From assembly GCA_963668625.2 (NCBI GenBank), contig CAXXKA010000001.1:64001-128000 (forward strand): a DNA stretch of 64,000 bases, written 5' to 3'. The stretch's first letter is position 1. Every line of letters starts with the position of its first letter. A model generated the notes under the pieces. That model was not told where the DNA came from, ran no database searches, and worked only from the letters and a program-made list of their open reading frames with translations. Positions 1 through 10,326 of the stretch are shown one piece after another. The stretch is from an uncultured candidate division Zixibacteria bacterium. Lineage in GTDB: Bacteria; Zixibacteria; MSB-5A5; UBA10806; 4484-95. Made by a program: the position numbers and the translations under genes.

Positions 1-268
1 CCGAGATTGTTGTAACTTGTTGTATTGATTAGTATTACCCATATTAATAATCCTTAGTTTAATCCTACAATAAACTTCACCTCATGCAGCCTCATTTTCG
101 AAGATACAGTTGCGGAATGCGTCCACTAAGGCCAGCTTTTTATTGTCCTTTATTTACATGCTTTATAGTAACTATCCATAAATAAGCGCATACTCAATCG
201 ATGATTGAATAAACACGGATTTTTCTATAGACTTATGTTCAGCAACTAAAAGGTTAAAACTGCTTTAA

Positions 269-946
269 TTAATTGTTATCGAAAATCACTCGCCAGGCTA
301 ATGCCGCTATTATTCCGCCGATGACTGGCGCGACTATAAACAGCCATAGTTGCGACAGGGCATCTCCTCCCACAAAGATAGCCGGCCCAAGGCTTCGTGC
401 AGGATTAACCGAGGTGCCTGTAATCGGAATACCTACAATATGAATCAGGGCCAGTGCGAAACCAATTGAGATGCCAGCAAAGCCTTTGGGCGCTTTTTCA
501 TGAGTAGAACCGAGTATTACGAACAGGAATAAGGCGGTCAACACGATTTCAGCTATTAAACAGGCCAATAGCGAGTAACTGTCGGGGGAATGAGACCCGT
601 AACCATTTTGCCCCAGTCCATTAACGGCAATACTGTAACCGGCCTTCCCTGATGCTATAGCCAGCAGTACGGCAGCCGCTATGATCGCGCCGATACTTTG
701 TGAAACTATATAAGCTATCGAGTCTTTAGCGCTTATTTTGCCGGCCGTCAACATACCGATCGTGACCGCCGGATTGACATGGCAGCCTGATATCGGACCT
801 ATCGTGTAAACCATAGCCAGAAGCACTAAGCCGAAAGCAAACGCGATACCGAGGAAACCTATGTGTGACCCGGCGATAACCGCGCTTCCACAGCCGAAAA
901 AGACCAAGGCAAATGTACCAATCAGCTCGGCAAGATACTTTTTCAT
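269..946 (-). CDS. aqpZ: Aquaporin Z (MIP family water channel)
   Basis: Two NPA motifs (HVNPAVT, SVNPARS), N-terminal 'KKYLAELIGTF', six hydrophobic segments. Start moved from the ORF track's 1024 to ATG 946, which lies 6 nt after a GGAGG RBS. Confidence 0.93.
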   Translation of the reverse strand: MKKYLAELIGTFALVFFGCGSAVIAGSHIGFLGIAFAFGLVLLAMVYTIGPISGCHVNPAVTIGMLTAGKISAKDSIAYIVSQSIGAIIAAAVLLAIASGKAGYSIAVNGLGQNGYGSHSPDSYSLLACLIAEIVLTALFLFVILGSTHEKAPKGFAGISIGFALALIHIVGIPITGTSVNPARSLGPAIFVGGDALSQLWLFIVAPVIGGIIAALAWRVIFDNN

Positions 947-1087
947 TTTCATCCTCCCTGTGAATAAAATTATTTTAATCGATAGCAAGTTGTCAGTCTG
1001 TTGAAAATAAATTAATCGATACAATGCAGGTTTATATCATTTTTAGATAATAGAATCAATAAATATCGTAATAAATCTTGTATATTC

Positions 1088-1114
1088 AAACGGCCGACAA
1101 AGCTAAGGCCGCTT
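1088..1114 (-). terminator. Possible intrinsic terminator after the aminotransferase
   Basis: CGGCC...GGCCG stem directly after the stop codon, followed by a short T run on the minus strand. Confidence 0.4.
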
Positions 1115-2283
1115 TATCCGAAATAAGCCTCCATACGATCAAATGCTTTATTTACCTCAGATTCGGGGACACAGAATGATAATCTCAAATGTCCCTGGCC
1201 GGTTGGCCCAAAAGCTACGCCCGGTGTTGTTGATACTTTACCCTCCTTAAGCAGCTTGACACAAAAAGCGGTGGAGTCCTGTCCCTCATCAAGCAGGATT
1301 TTAGGAAACATCAGATAAGAACCGCCGGGTTTGTGATAGCTGAACACGGAACTCAGTTTATCTAATCTTTCACACATGAGATTACGGGCGCCAAGGTATT
1401 TTAACCGGTATTTCTCTATACAATCCTGCGGGCCTTGCAGCGCTCCCAGCGCGGCATATTGCGAGGCAACCGGGGCACAAATAGCGAAGGGGATATGGGC
1501 TTTAGTGATCTGTGGTATTAAATCATTCGCAGCGTGCAAATAGCCGATACGCCAGCCGGTCATGGCGTATGTCTTGGTAAAAGTGTAGCAACTGATTATG
1601 TTTTGTCTGACCTCGGGTATTGAGGCGATACTGAAATGTACATTATCATCAAAAGTGAAATACTCATACGCCTCATCGGTTATAATTATCAAATTGTTCT
1701 CCAGGGCGACTTCAGCTACCTGGCGAAGTTCTTTTTCGCTGAATACTGTCCCGGTAGGATTGCTGGGAGAACAGTAGAGTATCGCTTTGGTTTTCGAGGT
1801 GATCGCCTTCTTGATAGCCTCGATATCAAGCTTGAATCCCTCGGCTTCGTTAGTCGGCACAAGTACCGGTTTGCCGGAGGCGATAGTAACCATGCGAATA
1901 TGAGTTGAATACGTTGGCGTGGGTAGGATGACCTCATCGCCGGGATCAACAACGGCCATGACTGCCGCGGATAACCCCTCGATAGCCCCTACGGTAACTA
2001 TAATCTGAGATGGGTTTGCCTCAATATTATTAACGCTTTTGAGTTTTTTACAAATCTCCTCCCGTAGCTGTAGAATACCGGAATTTTCCGAGTATCCGCC
2101 AGTCAGGCCGGCTTCAATAGCTTTGATGGCGGCTGTCTTGATATGTTCGGGCGTATCAGAGGTAGGTTTAGCCCATGATAAAAAGGCAACATCGCCAACC
2201 TCTTTGGATAATCTGGTCATTTCATGTATCGCGGATTTGCCTATATTCGATACTCTTTTTGAAATCCTCGTATCCTCAGTCAT
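1114..2283 (-). CDS. PLP-dependent aminotransferase class I/II (AspC-like)
   Basis: Motifs SPSNPTG, ITDEAYE, TFTKTYAMTGWRIGY (PLP lysine) and TPGVAFG...HLRLSF. Confidence 0.9.
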   Translation of the reverse strand: MTEDTRISKRVSNIGKSAIHEMTRLSKEVGDVAFLSWAKPTSDTPEHIKTAAIKAIEAGLTGGYSENSGILQLREEICKKLKSVNNIEANPSQIIVTVGAIEGLSAAVMAVVDPGDEVILPTPTYSTHIRMVTIASGKPVLVPTNEAEGFKLDIEAIKKAITSKTKAILYCSPSNPTGTVFSEKELRQVAEVALENNLIIITDEAYEYFTFDDNVHFSIASIPEVRQNIISCYTFTKTYAMTGWRIGYLHAANDLIPQITKAHIPFAICAPVASQYAALGALQGPQDCIEKYRLKYLGARNLMCERLDKLSSVFSYHKPGGSYLMFPKILLDEGQDSTAFCVKLLKEGKVSTTPGVAFGPTGQGHLRLSFCVPESEVNKAFDRMEAYFG

Positions 2284-2351
2284 ATCATTATCCCTTCATC
2301 TGATAATTATACTGATAGTAACTTAACTCGATGCTAAGTGGTAATCATATG

Positions 2352-4259
2352 CTAAATGCTTAAAGCTACATCGAAACCCTGCTTGACCGCATCGTATATC
2401 TGTCCGGGCTTACCGGCATCACCGATTACTTTTATATCCAGGGAAAGCTTTTCCAGAGGCTCTTTCAAATCACTGATTGATTTGGTGCCGACGGCTACGA
2501 TTACGTTATCAAACTCGCCAAGGCTTTGCTCCTGATTGTCTGTTTCAACAAAAGCTTCTTTATTCTCGAAACGTGTCACCTTAGTACCGGTCAATATCCT
2601 GACTTTCGATTCTTTAAGATGCTTGATTGTCAGCTTTCTGGTAATCGCTTCCATATCCCGGGCGATATCATCCAGAAGCTCAACCACTGTCACATCTACT
2701 TTTTTATTCAGCAGGTACTCCGCGCACTCGAGGCCGACCATGCCGCCGCCTATTATCAACACTTTGTTGCCGGTTTTTGCTTTATCAGTAAGTATGTCCT
2801 CGCCGGTGAGGGCGTTTTCCAAACCCGGTATGGGCGGGATGATAGGTACCGCGCCTGTAGCGATTATCACGGTGTCGGGATTCTCGGCTTTGATTTTATC
2901 AACTGTGGCCTCCTGCCCGAACTTGAAATCTACCTGATAAGTCTGAGCTTTGCGCAGGAATGTTTTGAGCGGTCGTTCCATCATCTGCTTGCCCGGGGGG
3001 AGGTATGATAGATTGAACTGCCCGCCCGGCTCGTGTTTCTCGTAAAGCACCACCTCGTGACCGCGTTCAGTCGCTGTTATCGCCGCCTGCAGACCGGCCG
3101 GACCTCCGCCGACTATCACTACTTTCTTGCGGGCAGGTTTCTCTGATGGTACCTCCGATTCTCTTCCCACCTCCGGGTTAACGATACATCCTAAGCCAAC
3201 ATCTTCTTTTACCTTGGCCATGCAACCCTGCAAACATGCCCCGCATTGCACCACATCGCTATCACGATTTTCTCGCATCTTTTTCGGCAGGTCAGGGTCG
3301 GCCAGGAGGGATCTGCCCAGGCCGATAGCATCGACTAAATTATCACCCAGAGCTTTTCGGATATCATCCGGGTTGCCCATACGCCCGGCGACAATAACCG
3401 GCATATCAATTAACTGCTTTATCTTTGATGCCCATTCAAGATTCTTTCCGGCCGGCAGCCGCATATGCTGGAAGTACCACGGTGGAGAGTCGCAGTTGGA
3501 ACCGCTGACAACATGCAGGGCAACGATTCCATTCGATTTTAAAAAGTTGCCCAGCTCTATCGCGTCCTCGAACCCCAGGCCGTTCTCGGTTTGCTCCGTG
3601 GCCGATATCCTCGCGATGATGGGGTAGTCCTTGCCCACAGTTTGACAGACGTTATCCAATACCTTTTTGGCGAAACGATACCTGTTCTCTTTACTGCCGC
3701 CGTAATCATCCGTTCTCTTGTTCGTATTAGGTGAGATAAACTGAGCGATCAGATAACCTAAACCGAATTGAATTTCGACCGCGTCAAACCCGGCCTCAAC
3801 GGCTCTTCTACATGCCTGAGCGTATGACTTTGTCAGTTCCTTGATTCTTTCGGTTGTCATTTCCTCGGCGGTAACTCCGGTACGCGCGCACATGATCGCG
3901 GAGGGTGCCTCCGGTTTACGGCCTGACGCTTTCGGATTGGCCGCCCGTCCGGCATGGTTTATATGAGCTATAGCCGCCGCGCCGCCGTCATGAATAGCAT
4001 TAACCAGCCGTTTGAGACCGCTGATTTGATTATCAGAGAAAATACCTATTTGTTTAGGATGTTCTTTACCACGAGCATCGATAAACAATGGCTCAGGGAT
4101 TATCGCGCCTGCTCCTCCTTCTGCTCGTCTGCGGTAGAAAGCCTCGTGGCGAGGCGTTATCTCGGCGGTTGGAACGCCATACCCGGTTTTCACGGGCGCC
4201 ATTATTATTCTATTGGCAAGCTCGAGGGAGCCAAGCTGAAATTTTTCGAATGGATTCAT
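2352..4259 (-). CDS. NADH:flavin oxidoreductase, old yellow enzyme / 2,4-dienoyl-CoA reductase-like, with 4Fe-4S and FAD domains
   Basis: 'LANRIIMAP', 'AGFDAVEIQFGLGYLIAQFISPNTNKRTDDYGGS', CxxCxxxC-x11-C cluster (CGACLQGC...CIVNP), two GxGxxG Rossmann motifs. Confidence 0.9.
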   Translation of the reverse strand: MNPFEKFQLGSLELANRIIMAPVKTGYGVPTAEITPRHEAFYRRRAEGGAGAIIPEPLFIDARGKEHPKQIGIFSDNQISGLKRLVNAIHDGGAAAIAHINHAGRAANPKASGRKPEAPSAIMCARTGVTAEEMTTERIKELTKSYAQACRRAVEAGFDAVEIQFGLGYLIAQFISPNTNKRTDDYGGSKENRYRFAKKVLDNVCQTVGKDYPIIARISATEQTENGLGFEDAIELGNFLKSNGIVALHVVSGSNCDSPPWYFQHMRLPAGKNLEWASKIKQLIDMPVIVAGRMGNPDDIRKALGDNLVDAIGLGRSLLADPDLPKKMRENRDSDVVQCGACLQGCMAKVKEDVGLGCIVNPEVGRESEVPSEKPARKKVVIVGGGPAGLQAAITATERGHEVVLYEKHEPGGQFNLSYLPPGKQMMERPLKTFLRKAQTYQVDFKFGQEATVDKIKAENPDTVIIATGAVPIIPPIPGLENALTGEDILTDKAKTGNKVLIIGGGMVGLECAEYLLNKKVDVTVVELLDDIARDMEAITRKLTIKHLKESKVRILTGTKVTRFENKEAFVETDNQEQSLGEFDNVIVAVGTKSISDLKEPLEKLSLDIKVIGDAGKPGQIYDAVKQGFDVALSI

Positions 4260-4370
4260 GCTAACCTCTTTGTATTTTTAACCGTTTATTCTTCACATTC
4301 TAATATTTTTTATATTTTTAAACGATCTAAATCCTGAAAGAGTTTTTATGGTCTTTTCAAACATTATTAA

Positions 4371-4901
4371 TTACAAACCTAAAGAGTTTATTATCGCCGA
4401 GGCAAATTCGGTTGAGGCCTCCGGGCCGCACGCGGTAATTACGTTATCGGCTTTCTCCACTAGCCTGCCCGTGTATATCGCGCCTTTCTTGCGCAAGTAC
4501 GAGGCAGCCGATTCGTAAGCGGTCGCCTTTCGGTCTTTTAGCAACTCAGCGTTTGCCAGCGTGACCGGGGCCAGGCAAATTGCGCAAACCAGTTTGCCTG
4601 AATCGTACGCCTCTGCAAGTAGCTTGATTACACATTTGTTATGCCAGTGCTCGATCGCCCCGACTCCACCTATCAGGGTCACTGCATCATATTGCATTAT
4701 ATCGATTTCATCCAGGATACAATCCGGGGTAACGAGAGTGCCTTTAATGCCCCGGGCGATATCACTGTTGCAGGTTACATTTTCGGTAATAATATTGCTA
4801 TCATGCAGGCATTTGGTGACTGTCAGAAATTCCTCATCCTCGAATTTCTTCTTGGGAAGAATTATCAGGGCTTTTTTATATGTTTTCGTACTTTGTTCCA
4901 T
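4371..4901 (-). CDS. DJ-1/PfpI family protein
   Basis: 'FEDEEF', 'YDAVTLIGGVG', nucleophile elbow 'AICLAPVTLA', 'VITACGP'. Confidence 0.88.
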   Translation of the reverse strand: MEQSTKTYKKALIILPKKKFEDEEFLTVTKCLHDSNIITENVTCNSDIARGIKGTLVTPDCILDEIDIMQYDAVTLIGGVGAIEHWHNKCVIKLLAEAYDSGKLVCAICLAPVTLANAELLKDRKATAYESAASYLRKKGAIYTGRLVEKADNVITACGPEASTEFASAIINSLGL

Positions 4902-5019
4902 TGTTCAATATTAAAACTGTCCTGCGTTCACTGTTTCATGATGTCGCTCCGTTTTCATCCTTACATATACAATCGATAATAATATGCAACTAAGCGCCCG
5001 CTATACTTTCCGGATATAA

Positions 5020-5053
5020 TGCCTCAGGATGGAAGATACGGCATCCTGAGGCA
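5020..5053. terminator. 12-bp hairpin downstream of the Mrp gene (terminator or mRNA-stabilising stem)
   Basis: TGCCTCAGGATG (5020-5031) and CATCCTGAGGCA (5042-5053) form a perfect inverted repeat with a 10-nt loop; no strong U-tract. Confidence 0.55.
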
Positions 5054-5083
5054 CACCCACAATAAATTCAGTGACTGAATTTA

Positions 5084-5896
5084 TCAATTAAGCAAATTCT
5101 TGATATTCTCCGCGATATCGAATACAGCTTTCGATACTACCGATTCGGGTTCGTTCAAGATGATCGGACGGCTGTCATCAGCCATCTTTCTCGCCTCTAT
5201 ATCCAGCGGTATCGCGCCCAGGAATTTGGTTTTCATCTTTTCAGCCTGACGTTTCCCGCCGCCTGAGCCGAACAGCTCGACATTTTCGCCGCAATGAGGG
5301 CAGGTGAAGCCGGACATGTTTTCGACCACGCCGATATGCTTCAGTTTCAGCTCTTTAGCCATGTTTATCGATCTGGCGGAATCCAAAAGCGACATCTCCT
5401 GCGGCGTGGTTACCACGACCGCGAGTTCGGGCGCCATCTTATCCGAAAGCGTGATTATCTCATCACCGGTACCGGGAGGCAGATCCGCGATCAGGAAATC
5501 AAGCTCACCCCATTCGACATCACCGAGAAACTGGTTGAGAAGTTTCGAACGCATTGGGCCGCGCCACATTATTGGCAGCGCCACCGGCAGCATGTGAGCT
5601 ACCGAAATGATATTCAGGCCGTCGCGTTTATCGGGAATCAGGCGCTCATCTATAGCGTAAGGTTCACCCGATACTCCGGTCATTTTAGGCACGTTTGGGC
5701 CGGTTACGTCGGCATCCAGTATGCCTGTTTTATAGCCAAGCTTGCTTAAAGCATAGGCGATGTTTACACTGACGAAAGTTTTTCCAACGCCGCCTTTGCC
5801 GCTGAACACCACGATACGATGTTTGATCCGTTCCATATTTTCGGAGATCCGCTGATCCTGCTGCTGCAGCACCCGTCTTTGATCATCAGTTAGCAT
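5084..5896 (-). CDS. Mrp/NBP35 (ApbC) Fe-S cluster carrier ATPase
   Basis: Deviant Walker A SGKGGVGKT, DADVTGPN, WRGP, DLPPGTGD, VVENMSGFTCPHC. Confidence 0.93.
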   Translation of the reverse strand: MLTDDQRRVLQQQDQRISENMERIKHRIVVFSGKGGVGKTFVSVNIAYALSKLGYKTGILDADVTGPNVPKMTGVSGEPYAIDERLIPDKRDGLNIISVAHMLPVALPIMWRGPMRSKLLNQFLGDVEWGELDFLIADLPPGTGDEIITLSDKMAPELAVVVTTPQEMSLLDSARSINMAKELKLKHIGVVENMSGFTCPHCGENVELFGSGGGKRQAEKMKTKFLGAIPLDIEARKMADDSRPIILNEPESVVSKAVFDIAENIKNLLN

Positions 5897-5985
5897 ATAT
5901 TACTACCTCTCTTAACAAGAATCCGTATTCTTGTATCTTTACCATTTCTTAAAGCCATTGGCTCAATTGAAATCCCCGCTTTAGA

Positions 5986-7326
5986 TTACCGGTACCATTT
6001 CATGATCGAATCAACCGTTGCGTTTATCACACCGTACGCCAGCGGTGACGGTGTCAGCAGGGGATGAGTGCCTATTTGCAATGTATCGATTTCCATATCC
6101 GTCATCTTCTGCTGTATCATTACCGAAAGCATATTCACGCATTCACCGACAGAATCGCCGCCAAGTACCTGGGCGCCGAGCAATACATGAGTGTACTTGG
6201 AGAAGATCAACTTAACCCTCATTTTCGTGGCATCCGGTAGTTTGCCGGGGTGACGGTCTATCGTTTCGGTCACGCCGGAAACGTATTCGAGCTTCATAGC
6301 TTTTGCGCGCGTTTCGGTTATTCCTGTTACTCCCAGCGCCACGTTGCCTATCTTGGTGGCGAAAGAACCGAGTGTACCGGGGAAAGCTTTAATGATATTG
6401 ATCGAGAACAGGTTCGAACCCACCAGACGTCCCTGAGACATGGCGGTCGAGGCCAGCATTATCTGACGGTAATCACCGAGGAAACAGCTTCTTTTGGCCG
6501 CACAATCACCGGCCGCGAAAATGTCATCATCGGATGTCTTCATGTACTCGTCTACGATGATGCCGTATTTGTTATCAACCTGAAGATCGAATTCTCTCGC
6601 CAGTGAGAGGTTGGGCTTAAAGCCTATAGAAATGACTACCCAGTCGGCTTCCTCGATATTGCCGTTTTCGAGCCTGGCCCGGATAGTACTACCGTTATCG
6701 ATAAACTCCTCGACACCGTAGCCGGTTACAACATTGACTCCCTGCTTAGTTAGTTCATCTTTAATCACGGCGCTGAATTCCGGATCAATCGATGTAGGCA
6801 GCAGGTTGGGTAATTTCTCTACCAGCGTTACTTTCACGTCATTCTTCGCTATCTCATCGGCCAGCTCTACTCCCACATATCCGCCTCCGACCACGATTAC
6901 GCTCCTGGCGGATCTGGCTTTTTCTCGTGCCTGTTTCAGCGAATCATAATCTTTCGAAAGAATGAATACTTTTTCGAGGTCTATACCGGGAATGGGCGGC
7001 TTTACGGGATTAGAACCTGACGCCAAGACGAGTTTCTCGTATTTTACTTGCTCGCCGTCTTTTAACTCCAGCGTTTTACCGTTCTTGCCGGTAACTTCGC
7101 CGATGATCAAATCCGCTTTGCACTTATCGAGCAGGGCGTCCGGCAGTATGTCATCATCGACCGAATCCAGACGATGCATGATATAGGGAATACCGCAGGG
7201 GATTAGCGCGATTTTTTCCTTTCGAATCAAGGCGATTGATTTATCAGGATGAGAACTCCTGGCTGAAATCGCTGCCTGAACACCGGCAGGTCCGCCGCCG
7301 ATAATGACGATATCATAGGTTTTCAC
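5986..7326 (-). CDS. FAD-dependent pyridine nucleotide-disulfide oxidoreductase (CoA-disulfide reductase / NADH oxidase / NAD(P)H sulfur oxidoreductase-like)
   Basis: GGGPAG FAD motif, single redox Cys in 'PCGIPY', GGGYVG NAD(P)H motif, 'TSDDDIFAAGDCA', dimerisation domain. Confidence 0.85.
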   Translation of the reverse strand: MKTYDIVIIGGGPAGVQAAISARSSHPDKSIALIRKEKIALIPCGIPYIMHRLDSVDDDILPDALLDKCKADLIIGEVTGKNGKTLELKDGEQVKYEKLVLASGSNPVKPPIPGIDLEKVFILSKDYDSLKQAREKARSARSVIVVGGGYVGVELADEIAKNDVKVTLVEKLPNLLPTSIDPEFSAVIKDELTKQGVNVVTGYGVEEFIDNGSTIRARLENGNIEEADWVVISIGFKPNLSLAREFDLQVDNKYGIIVDEYMKTSDDDIFAAGDCAAKRSCFLGDYRQIMLASTAMSQGRLVGSNLFSINIIKAFPGTLGSFATKIGNVALGVTGITETRAKAMKLEYVSGVTETIDRHPGKLPDATKMRVKLIFSKYTHVLLGAQVLGGDSVGECVNMLSVMIQQKMTDMEIDTLQIGTHPLLTPSPLAYGVINATVDSIMKWYR

Positions 7327-7386
7327 TTTGCCTTATCTCCTTAAAAAATAATTCGTAATTTAGTTTACGGTTCTCATAATAAACTT

Positions 7387-7833
7387 TTAGTCGTAAGCTT
7401 TACGAGTCACCTCATCCGTGAACGTATCCTGAATTATTTCCTGGTATTTGGCCGATTGCCAGGTCCCCAGCTTCTCATGAATATCCAGATATTTTTGCGG
7501 TATCGGATGAGTGCCGTAAATGACTTTAACATTAAAAGCCGTTTCGATATAATTTTTAAAATAGTTGAGGTAGGGGCAGGGCGGATAACCTACGATAAAC
7601 CCTGTTGCCAGATGAATCACCTCGGCTCCGTTTTTAACCATCTCCGCCGGCGAGTATTCGATATTACCGCCGGGACAGCCGCCACAGGTAGTATAACCAA
7701 CCAGCTCTATTTCACGATCCTGATAAATACCGAACGCGCCCTCACGATTTTTTATTGCTCTGAAACACTTCCCGCCGGCGCATAACCTGTATCTATCGCA
7801 AATTATTATTCCGATTTTGACCGGGTTGGTCAT
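7387..7833 (-). CDS. CGGC domain protein (putative metal/Fe-S binding)
   Basis: 'KIGIIICDRYRLCAGGKCF', 'TTCGGCPG', 'IHLATG...PPCP', 'GTHP'. Confidence 0.88.
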   Translation of the reverse strand: MTNPVKIGIIICDRYRLCAGGKCFRAIKNREGAFGIYQDREIELVGYTTCGGCPGGNIEYSPAEMVKNGAEVIHLATGFIVGYPPCPYLNYFKNYIETAFNVKVIYGTHPIPQKYLDIHEKLGTWQSAKYQEIIQDTFTDEVTRKAYD

Positions 7834-7904
7834 TGCTCCTCCAGTATATCAGGACTTGCCTGAATTTAGAACCGGCTATCTCCGCCGCTTTATCATCCTT
7901 GTTT

Positions 7905-8285
7905 TTAATGATTACCGCAATCATCGTGGCCGTGTGATTTAAAACCCGGATCATCACAAAGATTACCGCCTAATTCCAGGCGATTCTCCAGGAAGGATTT
8001 CACCAGGGCTTCCGGTTTTTGAACTTGCGCGCCGCAAACTACTTGCATACCGTTTTGCTGAAACAGGGCCACCGCGCGGCCGCCCATACCACCGGCTATG
8101 ACATGGGAACAGCCTAATTCATGAAGCCATGCCGGTAACACACCCATATCATGCGGAGGAGGCGTCAAGGATTCAACCGATTTGATAATTTTCGTGTCTT
8201 CCTCGATTTCAAAAATAGTGAATAACTGGCAATGGCCGAAGTGGGGGCAGAGGACGCCGTTTTCCGTGGGTATCGCGATTTTCAT
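7905..8285 (-). CDS. NifB/NifX-family (COG1433) metal-cluster-binding protein
   Basis: 'MKIAIP..GVLCPHFGHC', 'VIAGGMG', C-terminal Cys/His tail. Confidence 0.87.
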   Translation of the reverse strand: MKIAIPTENGVLCPHFGHCQLFTIFEIEEDTKIIKSVESLTPPPHDMGVLPAWLHELGCSHVIAGGMGGRAVALFQQNGMQVVCGAQVQKPEALVKSFLENRLELGGNLCDDPGFKSHGHDDCGNH

Positions 8286-8303
8286 AAAAGTATCTCCTTA
8301 ATT

Positions 8304-9212
8304 TTAGATTGCTTTTTTACTCGTTTGCGCATCCGATATGGTCATCAGCCTGGCGTGAACACTTCTCCATATCGTTTCTATATTCATCCTGTTATTCTCC
8401 GAGGCCTCGGTTATGTAGGGCTTCCCCTGAATTTGGGCCTCGGTGAAAACTTTATCGAATGGTATTTTACCATGAAATCCGATTCTGTTGTCGGCGGCAT
8501 ATTCCTCGATACGTTGGCTTAACTCCGTATTGATATCGAATTTATTGATACACAGGCCGACCCTGATTTTGAAATGACTTGCGAGTTCGACCAGGCGTTT
8601 CATGTCGTGCATTGCCGAAAGCGAGGGTTCGGTTACGATAAGCAGGTAGGTAGCTCCGGTCAACGAGGCAATAACAGGGCAGCCTATTCCGGGAGGTCCA
8701 TCTACAAGTATTAGATCGAAATTCGATTCGACTGCTTTTTCGTGGGCTTTCTTTTTCAGAACCGATACGAGTTTGCCGGAATTCGCCTCGGCGATTCCCA
8801 GTTTAGCGTGAAAGAACGGGCCGAAAGCCGAATCCGAATCATAATGTTCGCCGCTAATGACCGGTTCGAACTCTATAGCATCCTCGGGACAAAGTTCTTT
8901 GCAAAGTCCGCATCCCTCGCAGGAAAGTCGATCGATAGAGTAGACACCTTCTCCGTCGATTTCGATTGCCTCGAAACGGCATTTTTCCGAACAAATTCCA
9001 CAGGAACTGCATCTTGATTTTACGATAGATGCTTTTTTACTCGAGGAGAAATCATGTTTCTCGATTATATCGTGATCGATGATCAGGTTCAAATTAGCGG
9101 CATCGACATCGCAGTCTACCAGCACGGTTTTACCCGCCAGAGCCGCGAACGAACCGACTAGACTAGTCTTGCCCGTACCGCCTTTACCGCTGGCAACAAC
9201 CAACTCAACCAT
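8304..9212 (-). CDS. MinD-superfamily P-loop ATPase with inserted 2[4Fe-4S] ferredoxin domain (COG1149)
   Basis: SGKGGTGKT, DCDVDAANL, CxxCxxCxxxC twice, DGPPGIGCPV. Confidence 0.9.
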   Translation of the reverse strand: MVELVVASGKGGTGKTSLVGSFAALAGKTVLVDCDVDAANLNLIIDHDIIEKHDFSSSKKASIVKSRCSSCGICSEKCRFEAIEIDGEGVYSIDRLSCEGCGLCKELCPEDAIEFEPVISGEHYDSDSAFGPFFHAKLGIAEANSGKLVSVLKKKAHEKAVESNFDLILVDGPPGIGCPVIASLTGATYLLIVTEPSLSAMHDMKRLVELASHFKIRVGLCINKFDINTELSQRIEEYAADNRIGFHGKIPFDKVFTEAQIQGKPYITEASENNRMNIETIWRSVHARLMTISDAQTSKKAI

Positions 9213-10056
9213 AGCTAACTCTTTTCATGATATTTCTGTAAAGATCCTGAATTTTAGTGTTGAAAATTTCACTGCTGTCGATCGCCAACTCGCCCCGGGA
9301 ATAAGCTTCGGCGAGCGCTAACTCGAAAGGTATCTCGAGAAGGATTTCGATATTGTTCTCCTTGCAGAAATTCACCGTTCTATCGTCGCCCATATCGGAA
9401 CGATTAATAACTACGCCGAACGGTATTTCGAGTTTTAACAGCATCTCATAGGCCAGTTTCAAATCGTTCAAACCGAACGGCGTGGGTTCGGTGACAAGTA
9501 CCGCATAGTCGCAGTCTTTAACCGCTTCGATAACGGGGCAGGAGGTACCGGGAGGCGCATCGATAATAACAATGGCATCTTTCGGCAGCATTTTTTTTAG
9601 CTCTTTGGTTACCGGCGGCGCCATAGCCTCGCCCACATCCAGACGGCCGGAGATAACTTTAGATCGAGATGATTCCCCTGTAATGATTACACCTATTTTA
9701 CGGGAAGTTTCGGTTATCGCCCCGGTTGGACAGAGTTCGACACAGGCGCCGCAGCTATGACAGAGAGATGGGAAAACAAGTGGCTCGGGACCGAGTATCG
9801 CGATGGCGTTGAACTGGCAAACCTTGGAGCATATACCGCAAAGATCACAGTCCTCCATATCGAATGAGGGGATTGCCACCTCTACATCTATTTCTTTCGT
9901 GTTATCATGATGTAAAAAAATGTGACCGTTGGGTTCCTCGACATCACAATCGGCATAGACAACCGGTTCATTCGATACCGCAGCAGCGGCCGCGATATTA
10001 GTCGCTATAGTTGTTTTACCGGTTCCCCCTTTGCCACTGGCAAAAGCGATTTTCAA
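9205..10056 (-). CDS. MinD-superfamily P-loop ATPase with inserted ferredoxin domain (COG1149), paralogue of the neighbour
   Basis: SGKGGTGKT, DCDVEEPN, two CxxCxxCxxxC motifs, DAPPGTSCPV, EPTPFGLNDL; TTG start. Confidence 0.9.
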   Translation of the reverse strand: MKIAFASGKGGTGKTTIATNIAAAAAVSNEPVVYADCDVEEPNGHIFLHHDNTKEIDVEVAIPSFDMEDCDLCGICSKVCQFNAIAILGPEPLVFPSLCHSCGACVELCPTGAITETSRKIGVIITGESSRSKVISGRLDVGEAMAPPVTKELKKMLPKDAIVIIDAPPGTSCPVIEAVKDCDYAVLVTEPTPFGLNDLKLAYEMLLKLEIPFGVVINRSDMGDDRTVNFCKENNIEILLEIPFELALAEAYSRGELAIDSSEIFNTKIQDLYRNIMKRVSYG

Positions 10057-10071
10057 GCTGACATCCTTGCT

Positions 10072-10326
10072 TTACTGTTCTCGGTTCATACTAGCGCCGC
10101 ATTTGGGACATGAAACTTCATAACAGGGTACGCCTCTTTCGTGTGGGATGGAAGCGCCACAGTCGGGGCATACACAGTTGCCGCCGGGGCCAAATCTACC
10201 GCCTTGCCCCATGCCTCGTCCCATACCGCGACCTTGACCGCCGCCCTGGCCTCTGCCGGATCCGCCGCCCTGACCTTTGCCTGAGCCACCGCCCTGGCCC
10301 GAGCCTCTACCGCCTTGCATTTTCAT
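10072..10326 (-). CDS. Gly-rich protein with C-terminal Cys-rich (Zn/Fe) ribbon
   Basis: GQGGG/GRGMG repeats followed by 'GPGGNCVCPDCG...HERGVPC....CPKCG'; translationally coupled to the upstream gene. Confidence 0.75.
   Translation of the reverse strand: MKMQGGRGSGQGGGSGKGQGGGSGRGQGGGQGRGMGRGMGQGGRFGPGGNCVCPDCGASIPHERGVPCYEVSCPKCGASMNREQ

Noticed and set aside
1-42. Possible start of a minus-strand gene at the left edge (MGNTNQYNKLQQSR...)
   Set aside because: Only 14 codons are visible with a weak RBS, which cannot be supported from this window.
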